64,000 bases of DNA, from the sequence record NC_021531.1. The stretch is one strand, 5' to 3'. Both the position numbers and the translations under genes were made by a program. The notes under the pieces are model-generated. The model searched no databases. It was not told where the DNA came from and worked only from the letters and a program-made list of their open reading frames with translations. Position 1 is the stretch's first letter. The number at the start of each line of letters is the position of its first letter. Positions 1 through 8,867 of the stretch are shown piece after piece.

Positions 1-68
1 AAAACGTATGATCCGTTCAGTAAAACAGCACCGGTTAACTGGTACCCACCGTATGCTTGAGGTGAATC

Positions 69-2237
69 ATGGCATTTGAACCTGATTTAGTAACGGCCGT
101 TATACGGTCGCTAAACCGGAAAAATTTAGTCCCCTCCGCTAGGGCCGCTAATCCGAATGATGTGCGGCTGGTATCGGTTGTTGTCCGTGATGAACGTACA
201 CTCGATGTTACGGTGGAAGGCAAGTCAAATAAACCCACTTACGGCCGAATTACGGCACAAGTGTTTCGCCAAAACATTGCCGACTATTTTGCGAAGATAA
301 CGCTAACGGCCATCCCGACAGTTACGAGCGTGCATAAACTGCTGCCCGAGTTGGCGACGTTGGTGGGGTTGAGTTTTTTGCCTGAGGACTTTGAAGACTT
401 GCCAATCGTTTGGGTCGACAACAAAGCCAAAGTAACTTTCCAGTCAAAGCCGGGGAGTTATTTTTGGTACGGGTCTATAACACTGGATGTGGAAAACGGC
501 GATGTGGATATCAACACCGTGTACACGTACAGCAACTATAACCCGACGGCAAAAACCCTGAACAAACAGCAGTGGGTTGATAACTACTCCGCGTTATGCA
601 AACGAACACTCGATCTCAACAAAGTGGAAGTGAGTTTACCGCAGAAGCCGTCAGACCTCGGCATCAGTTCGGCGTATAACACCATTGTGACGTTAACTGC
701 GAAACCGAACTCCGGACTGTTTGGTGTAAAATACGTACATTTCACCCGTATCAACCTTGCCAGCTTTGAAGGCCAAACAACCGCGGTTCCTGATGATTTC
801 ACAGGTGACCTGTACGATGCATTAGCGACCGAAAATATTGGCTTTCGAACGTATCTTGATGTTAACGAGGTTGAGCGGTGCCCACTGGATACCAGTAGCT
901 GGCCTATTGACGTTCAGTTGAAAGCGAAACCCGACTCTTACAGAGCGGTCGGTGTCGCGAATATCAAAGTCGGGCGTTATGCGGACGATACAAAATCTAT
1001 CACGATAGACTTCAATAGCAACAACATCGCAATGACGGCAACAACCATTGCTGACATTTGTAGGGCACGGGTAGCTAAGGCCGCGCAAGTTAATTTAACG
1101 ATTAACGTCGCGGCGGGTGTTTACCTGGTTGGTGCAAAAGTCACCGATTACGCGTTAACTATCCCGTATATGTCCCAGTATGCCAACGTAAATGTTGTGC
1201 TCAACAACCGAGGTTTCATTACAGGACGCGGTGCGCAGGGTTCGGATACGGGCTGGCCAAACGCCGCAGGTAACGGATTATTTATCGATCCTAAATTTAA
1301 AGGCAGTGTGGCCATCAATAATCTCGGGACAATCGCCGGTGGTGGTGGCGGTGGTGGGATGTCGTCGGCATTGAATTACGTCGGTGGTGGTGGCGGACAA
1401 CCTTTAGGGGCAGCCAGCAATACTAAAGATTCTGGTAACTTCTATGCTGGTCCTGCGGCGACCCTGACTGCCCCAGGCGCGAGTCGTGAAGTCTGGAGGT
1501 CAGATACACTCTACTATTTCGGTGGGGCAGGCGGTGGGCTTGGGCAGCCCGGTAAGATTCCCGGGCAGCGTAACGGAAACCCGCCTTATTACGCCGTGAA
1601 TCAAACCACAGCGCCCGGCGACCCTGGGAAGTCAGTTGTCGATACGGCAAATATCGCGACTTGGATTACGGCCGGCATCGTTATGCCGCCTGTGGTTGAT
1701 CAGCAGGAGTTGCTTAATCAGTGGTTGGATGTTCAAGATGCGAGGGTCGTTAGCGACACCACGGAATTGGATTTACTCGAAGCTGACGGTAAATTTATTG
1801 TTCAGTTAGATAGTAAAACCAATTTCTATACCGATCGCGACGGTTGGACTTTAGCGTCTAAGTTGCAGTGTTACGGACAAGTGTGGGGTCAACCGGTCGG
1901 TAGAGTATTCTACTCGCGTATTCCGGGCATGCTTCAGCTCGGTATGGAAAATGAAAACGTTTTCTATTACAACTACCGAAAAAACAACCGGGTGTATTTC
2001 GAGTTTGAATCAACTCCTACACGGGTCGCGACTACGGGCATTTATCGTAACTTCACCCAAGGTCAGGCGTTGACTACTGCGCAAGAGCAAGTGCGGTTAA
2101 AACGCATTGTATATTACGACCCATGGCGCGGTTATGTGGTTGATGTAAACCCATATCTGAAAACCATAGAACGCTTCACTGGGTTCGTGTCCGATCTGTC
2201 GAAAGCCCAAGATACACTAGACGGGTTTAAAAAGTAA
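69..2237 (+). CDS. Virion tail-associated protein with an internal T-even gp38-like glycine-rich adhesin domain
   Basis: 722-aa ORF, SD GAGG upstream. Region ~990-1690 has LTINVAAGVYLVG, LNNRGFITGRG, INNLGTIAGGGGGGG, GGGGGQPLG and GGAGGGLGQPG, as in gp38 adhesins. N-terminal repeats of the type G.....Y/F.R..L are seen in jumbo-phage structural proteins. Confidence 0.7.
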   Translation: MAFEPDLVTAVIRSLNRKNLVPSARAANPNDVRLVSVVVRDERTLDVTVEGKSNKPTYGRITAQVFRQNIADYFAKITLTAIPTVTSVHKLLPELATLVGLSFLPEDFEDLPIVWVDNKAKVTFQSKPGSYFWYGSITLDVENGDVDINTVYTYSNYNPTAKTLNKQQWVDNYSALCKRTLDLNKVEVSLPQKPSDLGISSAYNTIVTLTAKPNSGLFGVKYVHFTRINLASFEGQTTAVPDDFTGDLYDALATENIGFRTYLDVNEVERCPLDTSSWPIDVQLKAKPDSYRAVGVANIKVGRYADDTKSITIDFNSNNIAMTATTIADICRARVAKAAQVNLTINVAAGVYLVGAKVTDYALTIPYMSQYANVNVVLNNRGFITGRGAQGSDTGWPNAAGNGLFIDPKFKGSVAINNLGTIAGGGGGGGMSSALNYVGGGGGQPLGAASNTKDSGNFYAGPAATLTAPGASREVWRSDTLYYFGGAGGGLGQPGKIPGQRNGNPPYYAVNQTTAPGDPGKSVVDTANIATWITAGIVMPPVVDQQELLNQWLDVQDARVVSDTTELDLLEADGKFIVQLDSKTNFYTDRDGWTLASKLQCYGQVWGQPVGRVFYSRIPGMLQLGMENENVFYYNYRKNNRVYFEFESTPTRVATTGIYRNFTQGQALTTAQEQVRLKRIVYYDPWRGYVVDVNPYLKTIERFTGFVSDLSKAQDTLDGFKK

Positions 2238-2248
2238 AGGGGTAACCA

Positions 2249-3778
2249 ATGGGTTATTACGACAAAACATCTCTCGACCTGTTAGGTCAACAGATAAACC
2301 GTGATAACCCCGTTCTTAAAGGCCAGCTGAGCGGGGCGAATATCATCGTGCTCGGCGGGCCTTATACTTCTGCTTTGGGGTCGAGCGGGCGCAATACTCG
2401 CATTGTCCTTAATGGGAAGACGGGGTCAGGCATTGTCGGTAAGAAAGAGTTTTTCTACGACCGCCTCAACATCGGTGCGCTCTTTAACGGCATCACTGTT
2501 GTCTTTGCAGCAAAAGGAGATTCTGCAACGGTCGCTGACCTATTACCGGCGCTTAATGAGCAGTACGGTTTAGGGCTAACGGCTGCAGACATCACCAACG
2601 GCGCTACAAAGCTCGGTACAGGGTATAAGCCCACACCGGTGACACTTACCATTGCTGCGACGTCACTGGCCTATACAGGCTCTCTGAACGTGATTTGGAC
2701 ACGTTCTCCAGTAGGGTACTTCCCAGACTCCGGGCCGGGTAGCAAATACCTGCTGGTTGGTTCGTTACAAGAAGGCTATTTCGGTACTGTTACCGATGCC
2801 GAACTTATCCGAACTGATATTCTGTTGTTCCGTTTGAACACTGCAGCCAAACAAAACTATGGCGCATCCACGGCGGCGAGTTCTGGCTTGTGGTATAAGT
2901 TCGCTAAAGATAATAAAATTTATTATCTGGCAGGTTCGCAGGCTTCGGTCATTCGCTGGACAGAACTGTATCAGCTAGGCGCGGTGTATGAAATAGATAC
3001 ACCGGAGCAAGACCATCGTCCGGTTGACGGAACCATTATTACGCAGGATGCGTTGGTTAACGTCACTGAAAGAGGTAAGTCATGGTACCTGTCACCGTGC
3101 TTACCGCTGTTGTCTGAAACCGACCCGTGGGATTATCTCCCTGCAAACGGCACACCTAACCCAACAGGTGACGTGGCGAGACTTTTCACCAAGATTAGTC
3201 GTAACACGCCATACGGTACGAGTGAATGGGAGTCGACTGCTTTAACAGCAGTCGCTGCAATCTTCCGTAACACGGACAAGAACGACCCGACCAAATACCC
3301 GATCTCCACGCTGTACGGAACCTCACAGTCACTGGCGGTGAAAGCAACCAGTCAGCAGTGGTGGGTACCGATGTTGGAGTTGGTTGATATTCAGGCAAAC
3401 CCGGTCAAACTCGAAGAAGTTAACTACGCCGTTATCGGCAGGCCACGTGCCCCGCTGTTAACGATTGACACGTCGCGTGACCCGAATATCCCAGTCCCTG
3501 TGACCGATATTCAGTCTACGTATAACCTGTCGATTCGTCGTCCGTTCCTGAAACCGTTCGTCACTGAACCGGTTAAGGCGGTATCCAGTGTTATTGCTAG
3601 TAGTCGTATAACGCTGCGCAGCTTTAAAACTTATAGCGTGGTGTCTAATCCACTTAAAGCAGTGCAGGACGTTCATCCAGTAAGAACACTGCGACCTATT
3701 GGTTTTACGGCAACCACAGTTGTGCGTGAAAAGATTAATCTCTCCACCACTTCCGGTGAATTAGACGGATTCATTTAA
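2249..3778 (+). CDS. Virion structural protein (jumbo-phage paralog family)
   Basis: 509 aa, SD AAGGGG. N-domain GKKEFFYDRL. Central GYFG..WYKF..YQLGAVY block shared with the next two ORFs. C-terminus LSTTSGELDGFI. Confidence 0.7.
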   Translation: MGYYDKTSLDLLGQQINRDNPVLKGQLSGANIIVLGGPYTSALGSSGRNTRIVLNGKTGSGIVGKKEFFYDRLNIGALFNGITVVFAAKGDSATVADLLPALNEQYGLGLTAADITNGATKLGTGYKPTPVTLTIAATSLAYTGSLNVIWTRSPVGYFPDSGPGSKYLLVGSLQEGYFGTVTDAELIRTDILLFRLNTAAKQNYGASTAASSGLWYKFAKDNKIYYLAGSQASVIRWTELYQLGAVYEIDTPEQDHRPVDGTIITQDALVNVTERGKSWYLSPCLPLLSETDPWDYLPANGTPNPTGDVARLFTKISRNTPYGTSEWESTALTAVAAIFRNTDKNDPTKYPISTLYGTSQSLAVKATSQQWWVPMLELVDIQANPVKLEEVNYAVIGRPRAPLLTIDTSRDPNIPVPVTDIQSTYNLSIRRPFLKPFVTEPVKAVSSVIASSRITLRSFKTYSVVSNPLKAVQDVHPVRTLRPIGFTATTVVREKINLSTTSGELDGFI

Positions 3779-3787
3779 GGAATTATC

Positions 3788-4831
3788 ATGGCTCTTAAAT
3801 TGACGTGGAAGAACAACAACGTTGTTGCTAACACAATCAAAATCTATCGTGGGGATGCTAAGCTCGACCCGGCTAACCTCCCCGCACCTTTGGTGGAACT
3901 TACTAACGGTGAAAACGAGTGGGTTGATACTACCGCAATCTACGGCAAGACGTATTTTTATATCTTAGCTGTAGTAACGGCAAACGATTTCATCCCGACT
4001 GCGAACCAGCAAATTCTGGTTGCGGATAACCGTGGTGCAGGTTCGTCAACACTGTTGTACGGTGATGACAATATGGGTTACTTCGGTCAAGTGTTGGCAG
4101 CGGACTTCCTGACCAACCTCGACATTGTGGCGGCGGCTATTACTACGGCTGGCCTGCCGTCTGCACTGGTGCAAGCACCATGGCATAAGTTCGTTCGCAA
4201 AGGCAAAATCCTGTATATGCCGTCAGCGCCGTTTGGTCAGGTGACGTACAACGCGCTGTATGCAGCAGGATTGGTTTACGGTGTGAATGCCTCAGCACCG
4301 CCGAATGCCTCAATCGGCGACCAGGCTGCGGTTAACCAGTATCGCCCTATTGAATTCAAAGGCCAGAAGTACATTCCTCGTTTGATGCGTGGTTTCAGTG
4401 ATGGTCCGCAAAACGACTGGCAGGGGTGGAACTGGGCACAGGACAGCATTCCTGACAACATCAACCCTATTGGTACTGTCAACGAGTTCAACGACCTGTT
4501 CTTCAGTACGCTGAGTTTCGTTCCGGAATGCCAACGCACTGAAAACTACGCTGAAGGCGATATTGCGACTTACGTAGGTTATGCCGGTTCAAGTTATGAC
4601 GACGTTAACGTATATCACCGTCCTAGCCGCATTATCTGCCAGGAGCGTAATACTGCAAACGTTAATGTGTTGGCTCGTGCACGACGCAGTTGGAACTACG
4701 GAAGTAACTCTGTTGGCTACAACAAAAACTATTTGCAGTTTATGTCTCCGCAATCGCCAACTCAGTCGTCAACGTGGGTGCCGGTGCTTGAACTTGAACC
4801 ACAAACCGCAACTGTCGCACTGAAGGGGTAA
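3788..4831 (+). CDS. Virion structural protein (paralog family, Fn3/Ig-like N-terminus)
   Basis: 347 aa, SD AAGGA. LTW..IKIYRG..YFYILAVV N-domain, then GYFGQV..WHKFVRKGKILYMP..LYAAGLVYG. Confidence 0.7.
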   Translation: MALKLTWKNNNVVANTIKIYRGDAKLDPANLPAPLVELTNGENEWVDTTAIYGKTYFYILAVVTANDFIPTANQQILVADNRGAGSSTLLYGDDNMGYFGQVLAADFLTNLDIVAAAITTAGLPSALVQAPWHKFVRKGKILYMPSAPFGQVTYNALYAAGLVYGVNASAPPNASIGDQAAVNQYRPIEFKGQKYIPRLMRGFSDGPQNDWQGWNWAQDSIPDNINPIGTVNEFNDLFFSTLSFVPECQRTENYAEGDIATYVGYAGSSYDDVNVYHRPSRIICQERNTANVNVLARARRSWNYGSNSVGYNKNYLQFMSPQSPTQSSTWVPVLELEPQTATVALKG

Positions 4832-4834
4832 TCC

Positions 4835-5722
4835 ATGGGTGTTAAATTAAATTGGGATGACCAGTCAGACCAGGGTCTTGATAAAATCGAGATATATCGC
4901 GCTGCCGCAAAAGCCGATACGCAGAAACCGGAGAATCTCCTGACCACTCTCTCAGGTTCAGCGACCAGTTACGAAGACATGACGGTCAAAAACAAAAACC
5001 TCTACTACTACCGTATTGCCGCTGTTAAAGGTGACGAGTACGCGTGGGGTGAACCGCAGTTAGCGGGGTATTTCTCAGAAACTGGGCCGGGTCGTGCGGT
5101 ACCGATACGCGGCGACTGGAATGCGGGCTTCATGGACCGTATCCCTGTGGCTAACTTTATTACCGGGCCTGACCTGCGTACCAAGGTTCCGGAAATGAAC
5201 AGCATGGGTGGTCTCTGGAACCCGAACAACTGGTACAAACTCGTCCATAAAGGCAAGATTATTTTCATGCCTGACTCTAACCTTGTGTCCGCCTCGTGGA
5301 ATGAACTGTACGCTGCGGGACTGGTGTTTGGCGTAGACGGGTTTGGACAACTGCCTACAGGTGTCGCGGGATCGAAAAACCAGAAGTATGTGATTAATAT
5401 CAACGGTCTGGAATATATCGTTCGTCTTCCTCGCCTGTCACCGTTACCGACCACGCAGTATATCACCACCACCGACCAACTGGTTGGGAGTGAGTGGAAA
5501 GACTGTATCAGTCGTCTGGTGTCTGCCAGCACTAACAATGATGCGACTGCGCGCACCCGCCTTTACGACCAATCAACCTCGTGGCCATCAGGTGGTCCGC
5601 ATCTTGCGAATGCGACACAGTGCGCTGTTGTGGTTGCGGCTAATAGCGAGAAAATCGGCACTCCGGTTAATATCGGTACCCGAATGACGACGCCGCTCGT
5701 GCTTGAGTTGATTATGCCGTAA
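4835..5722 (+). CDS. Virion structural protein (paralog of the preceding gene)
   Basis: 295 aa. LNW..IEIYRA..YYYRIAAV and WYKLVHKGKIIFMP..LYAAGLVFG align by eye with 3788..4831. Confidence 0.7.
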   Translation: MGVKLNWDDQSDQGLDKIEIYRAAAKADTQKPENLLTTLSGSATSYEDMTVKNKNLYYYRIAAVKGDEYAWGEPQLAGYFSETGPGRAVPIRGDWNAGFMDRIPVANFITGPDLRTKVPEMNSMGGLWNPNNWYKLVHKGKIIFMPDSNLVSASWNELYAAGLVFGVDGFGQLPTGVAGSKNQKYVININGLEYIVRLPRLSPLPTTQYITTTDQLVGSEWKDCISRLVSASTNNDATARTRLYDQSTSWPSGGPHLANATQCAVVVAANSEKIGTPVNIGTRMTTPLVLELIMP

Positions 5723-5778
5723 AAAGAAAAAAAGAACTACTCTCCCCAACGGGAGAGTAGTTACTTTATTTTTTTTTA
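5721..5778. terminator. Bidirectional intrinsic terminator between convergent genes
   Basis: AACTACTCTCCC-caac-GGGAGAGTAGTT stem with an A-tract on the left and a T-tract on the right. Confidence 0.85.
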
Positions 5779-6318
5779 CACGACAGCTGACCCCACTACT
5801 CCTTTAAAGCCGTCGAGCTCACCGTCGGTTGTGCTGAGGTCGGTTTTAACGATCTCCTGCGTAACCATATACGTTGCCAGTACACCCGGAAGGTATTTGA
5901 TGTTGCCATCTTTGACGCTGACAGTGATAACCTTCACACCGTCTTCACCGTCAGTGCGGTCGATAGTCAGCTCGCTCAGCGCAAACGCATCTTGCGTTCT
6001 ATCGGCGGCTATGACTTCGGCGTTAACGAATGCCAATACCTCTTCGTCGGTGTCCCAGTCTGCCAGGTCATCCGTTACTGGTTTATCGACAACGAAAGTG
6101 GGGGCCAGACGGGTGTAGTGCAGTTCTAGCGCACCGGTGAAGTGGACACTTTCTGCTTTCGCGGTGATGGTCAGTTTGCTGTTACGGCCAGCACTGCCAC
6201 CTTCCAGAGTTGCAACTGCACCAAAGTCAACATCAGCAACAGTCAATGCCTGCGCCAGAGAAGAGTTTTTAGTGTTAAACAGTGCAACCAACTGCTCTTT
6301 AAAAGATTTAATTGCCAT
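5776..6318 (-). CDS. Virion structural protein
   Basis: 180 aa, SD-like GAGGGA. HFTGALELHYTRL domain shared with ORFs 69 and 2249. C-terminal DLSTTDGELDGF. Confidence 0.7.
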   Translation of the reverse strand: MAIKSFKEQLVALFNTKNSSLAQALTVADVDFGAVATLEGGSAGRNSKLTITAKAESVHFTGALELHYTRLAPTFVVDKPVTDDLADWDTDEEVLAFVNAEVIAADRTQDAFALSELTIDRTDGEDGVKVITVSVKDGNIKYLPGVLATYMVTQEIVKTDLSTTDGELDGFKGVVGSAVV

Positions 6319-6363
6319 GATGCAAATCCCTCAGTTAACTGGTGGGTTGACGTACCTCGTCAT

Positions 6364-6403
6364 AAGAAATTAAAGAACCGCTATCCCCGTAAAGAGATAG
6401 CGG
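6364..6403 (-). terminator. Probable intrinsic terminator after the peptidase gene
   Basis: CCGCTATC/GATAGCGG stem followed on the minus strand by TTCTTTAATTTCTT. Confidence 0.6.
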
Positions 6404-6408
6404 CGCGA

Positions 6409-6933
6409 CTACAGGTGCTGAACCAATTTATTCCACTCAATCGGCTTCTGCTTAATCACCGTAACCACCCCACGGGTGGGCGACCACACAGTTAAGTCCG
6501 GCTGATTACGCACATCGAAATGGAACCAACTGATGTCGGTTTCAAGGAAGTGAATGAACGGGAACTCATTCGGGTTTTGTTGGATATACGCACGAACAGC
6601 TTGCGGGGTATAGTGCTGGAAGGTTAAGTCCATCGCACCGCCGTATTTGTGCATGCTGTCAGAGCTCGCGTAAAGCTCCAGGGCGCGTTCACGGTAATTG
6701 CCGCCCTTCGGTTGCTCTTGATTGATAAAGAACTGTAGCGTGCGTAAGGAGCGCTGTGTCATGCCTTTAGAAGGCGAGTTCACAATAATCGGTCCGAACT
6801 TGTTACGTAATTGCTGTAACGTAACCATTACCAGTGGGTTGATAATGTACGCAGCGTTAGCACCACGACGTTTAATGACATCGGGCGGCATCAGCTCTTC
6901 GAGTTTAAACTGGTTGGGGTTTGGCTGAAACAT
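6409..6933 (-). CDS. Peptidase M15-like zinc peptidoglycan peptidase
   Basis: SMHKYGGAMD (HxxxxxxD) and WFHFDVR motifs, plus TLQQLRNKFGPIIVNS. Start reassigned to MFQPN (6933), which has an AGGAG SD. Confidence 0.75.
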   Translation of the reverse strand: MFQPNPNQFKLEELMPPDVIKRRGANAAYIINPLVMVTLQQLRNKFGPIIVNSPSKGMTQRSLRTLQFFINQEQPKGGNYRERALELYASSDSMHKYGGAMDLTFQHYTPQAVRAYIQQNPNEFPFIHFLETDISWFHFDVRNQPDLTVWSPTRGVVTVIKQKPIEWNKLVQHL

Positions 6934-7597
6934 TCGTCTCTCCTGCGACTGGAATCGGGTACGTGAGGAACGCACGTTTAATGTTTAGGTAATGCACGTG
7001 AGCTTGCTGGTTGGTACGCACCATGGTCATATCTTGCGCGGGGATACCAACTGTTGGGAACTCACGAACAAACTCGTAATTGGCGTTCATGTTAAACGTG
7101 TACGCATTCGGCTTAAAGTAAATACATCCTTTGTTGTCATCAATAAACGACGTCAACCCAAAATGCTTTACTGCCAAATAAAAGGACTGTCGCGTAATCC
7201 AGTTCACGCCTAGTGCTTTCATGGCATACAAGAACATCCGGTCAGCAAAGTTCTTGTCAATCATGGCGTTCAATTTACCCGCCCCGTCGTTGTGGTAGTA
7301 ACCAATGATAGGGATTTTCTGATACAGCAAATCGTGCAACGCGGCAGCCGGGCCGTAATCACCTTCCGGTTTAAACAGAAACTGTAGCTGTGTGGGAATA
7401 GACGCTAAATCGGTTACAAACCCTTTCGGGGCAACCAAATATAAAGGCTTGTCGGCGCTCAGACCGGTTTCCTTTAAAATGACCTCGAGACGTGTCGGGT
7501 CGTCCTCATACAGACCAGCCAATGTAAAACCGAAGGTGTAGTCTTTCGTTAAGATAAACCACTGCTTATCCAAACGACAATACTCAAACTTGTCCAT
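6905..7597 (-). CDS. DUF1353 family protein
   Basis: PKGFVTDLASIP, AAALHDLLY and ADRMFLYAMKALGV motifs. Start MDKFEY (7597) with an AAGGA SD. Confidence 0.8.
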   Translation of the reverse strand: MDKFEYCRLDKQWFILTKDYTFGFTLAGLYEDDPTRLEVILKETGLSADKPLYLVAPKGFVTDLASIPTQLQFLFKPEGDYGPAAALHDLLYQKIPIIGYYHNDGAGKLNAMIDKNFADRMFLYAMKALGVNWITRQSFYLAVKHFGLTSFIDDNKGCIYFKPNAYTFNMNANYEFVREFPTVGIPAQDMTMVRTNQQAHVHYLNIKRAFLTYPIPVAGETNVSAKPQPV

Positions 7598-7629
7598 TAT
7601 GGTTATCCTTCGATTATTAAGGGGGGTCA

Positions 7630-7665
7630 TAAAAAAAGAACAAAGGTGTGCCCCGAAGGGCACAC
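7630..7665 (-). terminator. Intrinsic terminator closing the radical-SAM cassette
   Basis: On the minus strand: GTGTGCCC-TTCG-GGGCACAC then CTTTGTTCTTTTTTT (C-UUCG-G tetraloop). Confidence 0.9.
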
Positions 7666-7668
7666 ACT

Positions 7669-8325
7669 TTACAGCTCAGTTACAAACGTTGCTTTTAAAC
7701 CTTTGAGAGCGGTGTAGTCTCCGTTCTCAGCAGCAATCCGCGCAGTCTGTTTAAAGTCCGTCAGCTTTTCATGCAATGCGTTGGTGCGTGCAACGATAGC
7801 TTCATTCAACGCTTTCAATTCATCCAGCGTGAAATCGAACTTCGCGTTGTTAGCATCCACCCAGTAACCCGGGCTTTGTTCAGTGCTCAGGTAACGCTGA
7901 ATAGCTGCCAGCGCCTTTTCGTCAGTTTGGTAATTGCGCCCTTTAAACTCAAGAGGAGCAACCACCGCTTCACTGTACGCCTGATTTACCCAGCTGATTA
8001 ACTCAGTCAGTAAGCCATAGCACTTGCCGCGCGTAGAAGAACGCTCTGCCTTATGCTCGGCCAAATCAACGCCCAGCACTTCAGAGACGAACTTGTGCGC
8101 CGCTTTAATGGTGAACTTCACTTCTAACGGAGAAAGACCCTGAGTTGTCAAACCTGCGCTTAACTCTTCATCAGTCATCCCGTCCAGCAGGCGGTAGTGT
8201 GCCAGGCGCGCGAGCGTAGGGTTCCACGTCGCATCACTCAGTTCACCATCGACAAACTGTCCATGACGGTCCACCAGTTTACCGCTGTTATAGAAGCGGT
8301 CCTTTATTTCGCTATTACTAAGCAT
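7669..8325 (-). CDS. DUF4376-domain protein (tail-fibre assembly chaperone-like)
   Basis: C-half EFKGRNYQTDEKA..YWVDANNAKFDFTLDELKALNEAI matches the DUF4376 pattern. Overlaps the upstream gene by 22 nt. Confidence 0.7.
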   Translation of the reverse strand: MLSNSEIKDRFYNSGKLVDRHGQFVDGELSDATWNPTLARLAHYRLLDGMTDEELSAGLTTQGLSPLEVKFTIKAAHKFVSEVLGVDLAEHKAERSSTRGKCYGLLTELISWVNQAYSEAVVAPLEFKGRNYQTDEKALAAIQRYLSTEQSPGYWVDANNAKFDFTLDELKALNEAIVARTNALHEKLTDFKQTARIAAENGDYTALKGLKATFVTEL

Positions 8326-8867
8326 TCAGTTTTCCCCACGATGCCAATGTCTCTCAGCAGACCGTAGTCGAGGAATTGGTAGTCCCGGGCCAAGTCATAC
8401 TGCCAGACAAGATTGTTAACCTTTTTGTCGTCTGGGGTTTCAGTGGCCTCATTGAAGACACCAACCAAATCCCAGCACTCGAAATAGTTACACTGTTCCT
8501 GAGCATGACGAACAATCTTAATTTTGTTGTTCGGGAACGACTGCGCCAGAGCCACCAGAGAACCGATGCCCTTACCGTGTTTGGTACGATAAAGGATGGT
8601 CATCTTGGTCGCAGGCGTATCGAGGATACGCTGCTCCAGACCGGTGTTGCGCAGCTCAGCGTTAGCCAGTGAGTTATGGCCTTCTTCCACGCAGTCCAGC
8701 TCAACCATCACGTTCAGAGAATGACGGATCACCAGCTTCTTCACTGTTTCCGTGTAGTTCTCTGCTTTACACAGCAAAGACACGTCAAACAGTTTGTGCT
8801 TAGACAGGAACGCGTCAAGCAGCGTGGTATCAAGCCTCGTAAAATTGTGAATTAGCAATGACTTCAT
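8304..8867 (-). CDS. Hypothetical protein, probable accessory factor of the CXXX/radical-SAM cassette
   Basis: 187-aa ORF overlapping both neighbours. No recognised motif. Confidence 0.6.
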   Translation of the reverse strand: MKSLLIHNFTRLDTTLLDAFLSKHKLFDVSLLCKAENYTETVKKLVIRHSLNVMVELDCVEEGHNSLANAELRNTGLEQRILDTPATKMTILYRTKHGKGIGSLVALAQSFPNNKIKIVRHAQEQCNYFECWDLVGVFNEATETPDDKKVNNLVWQYDLARDYQFLDYGLLRDIGIVGKTECLVIAK

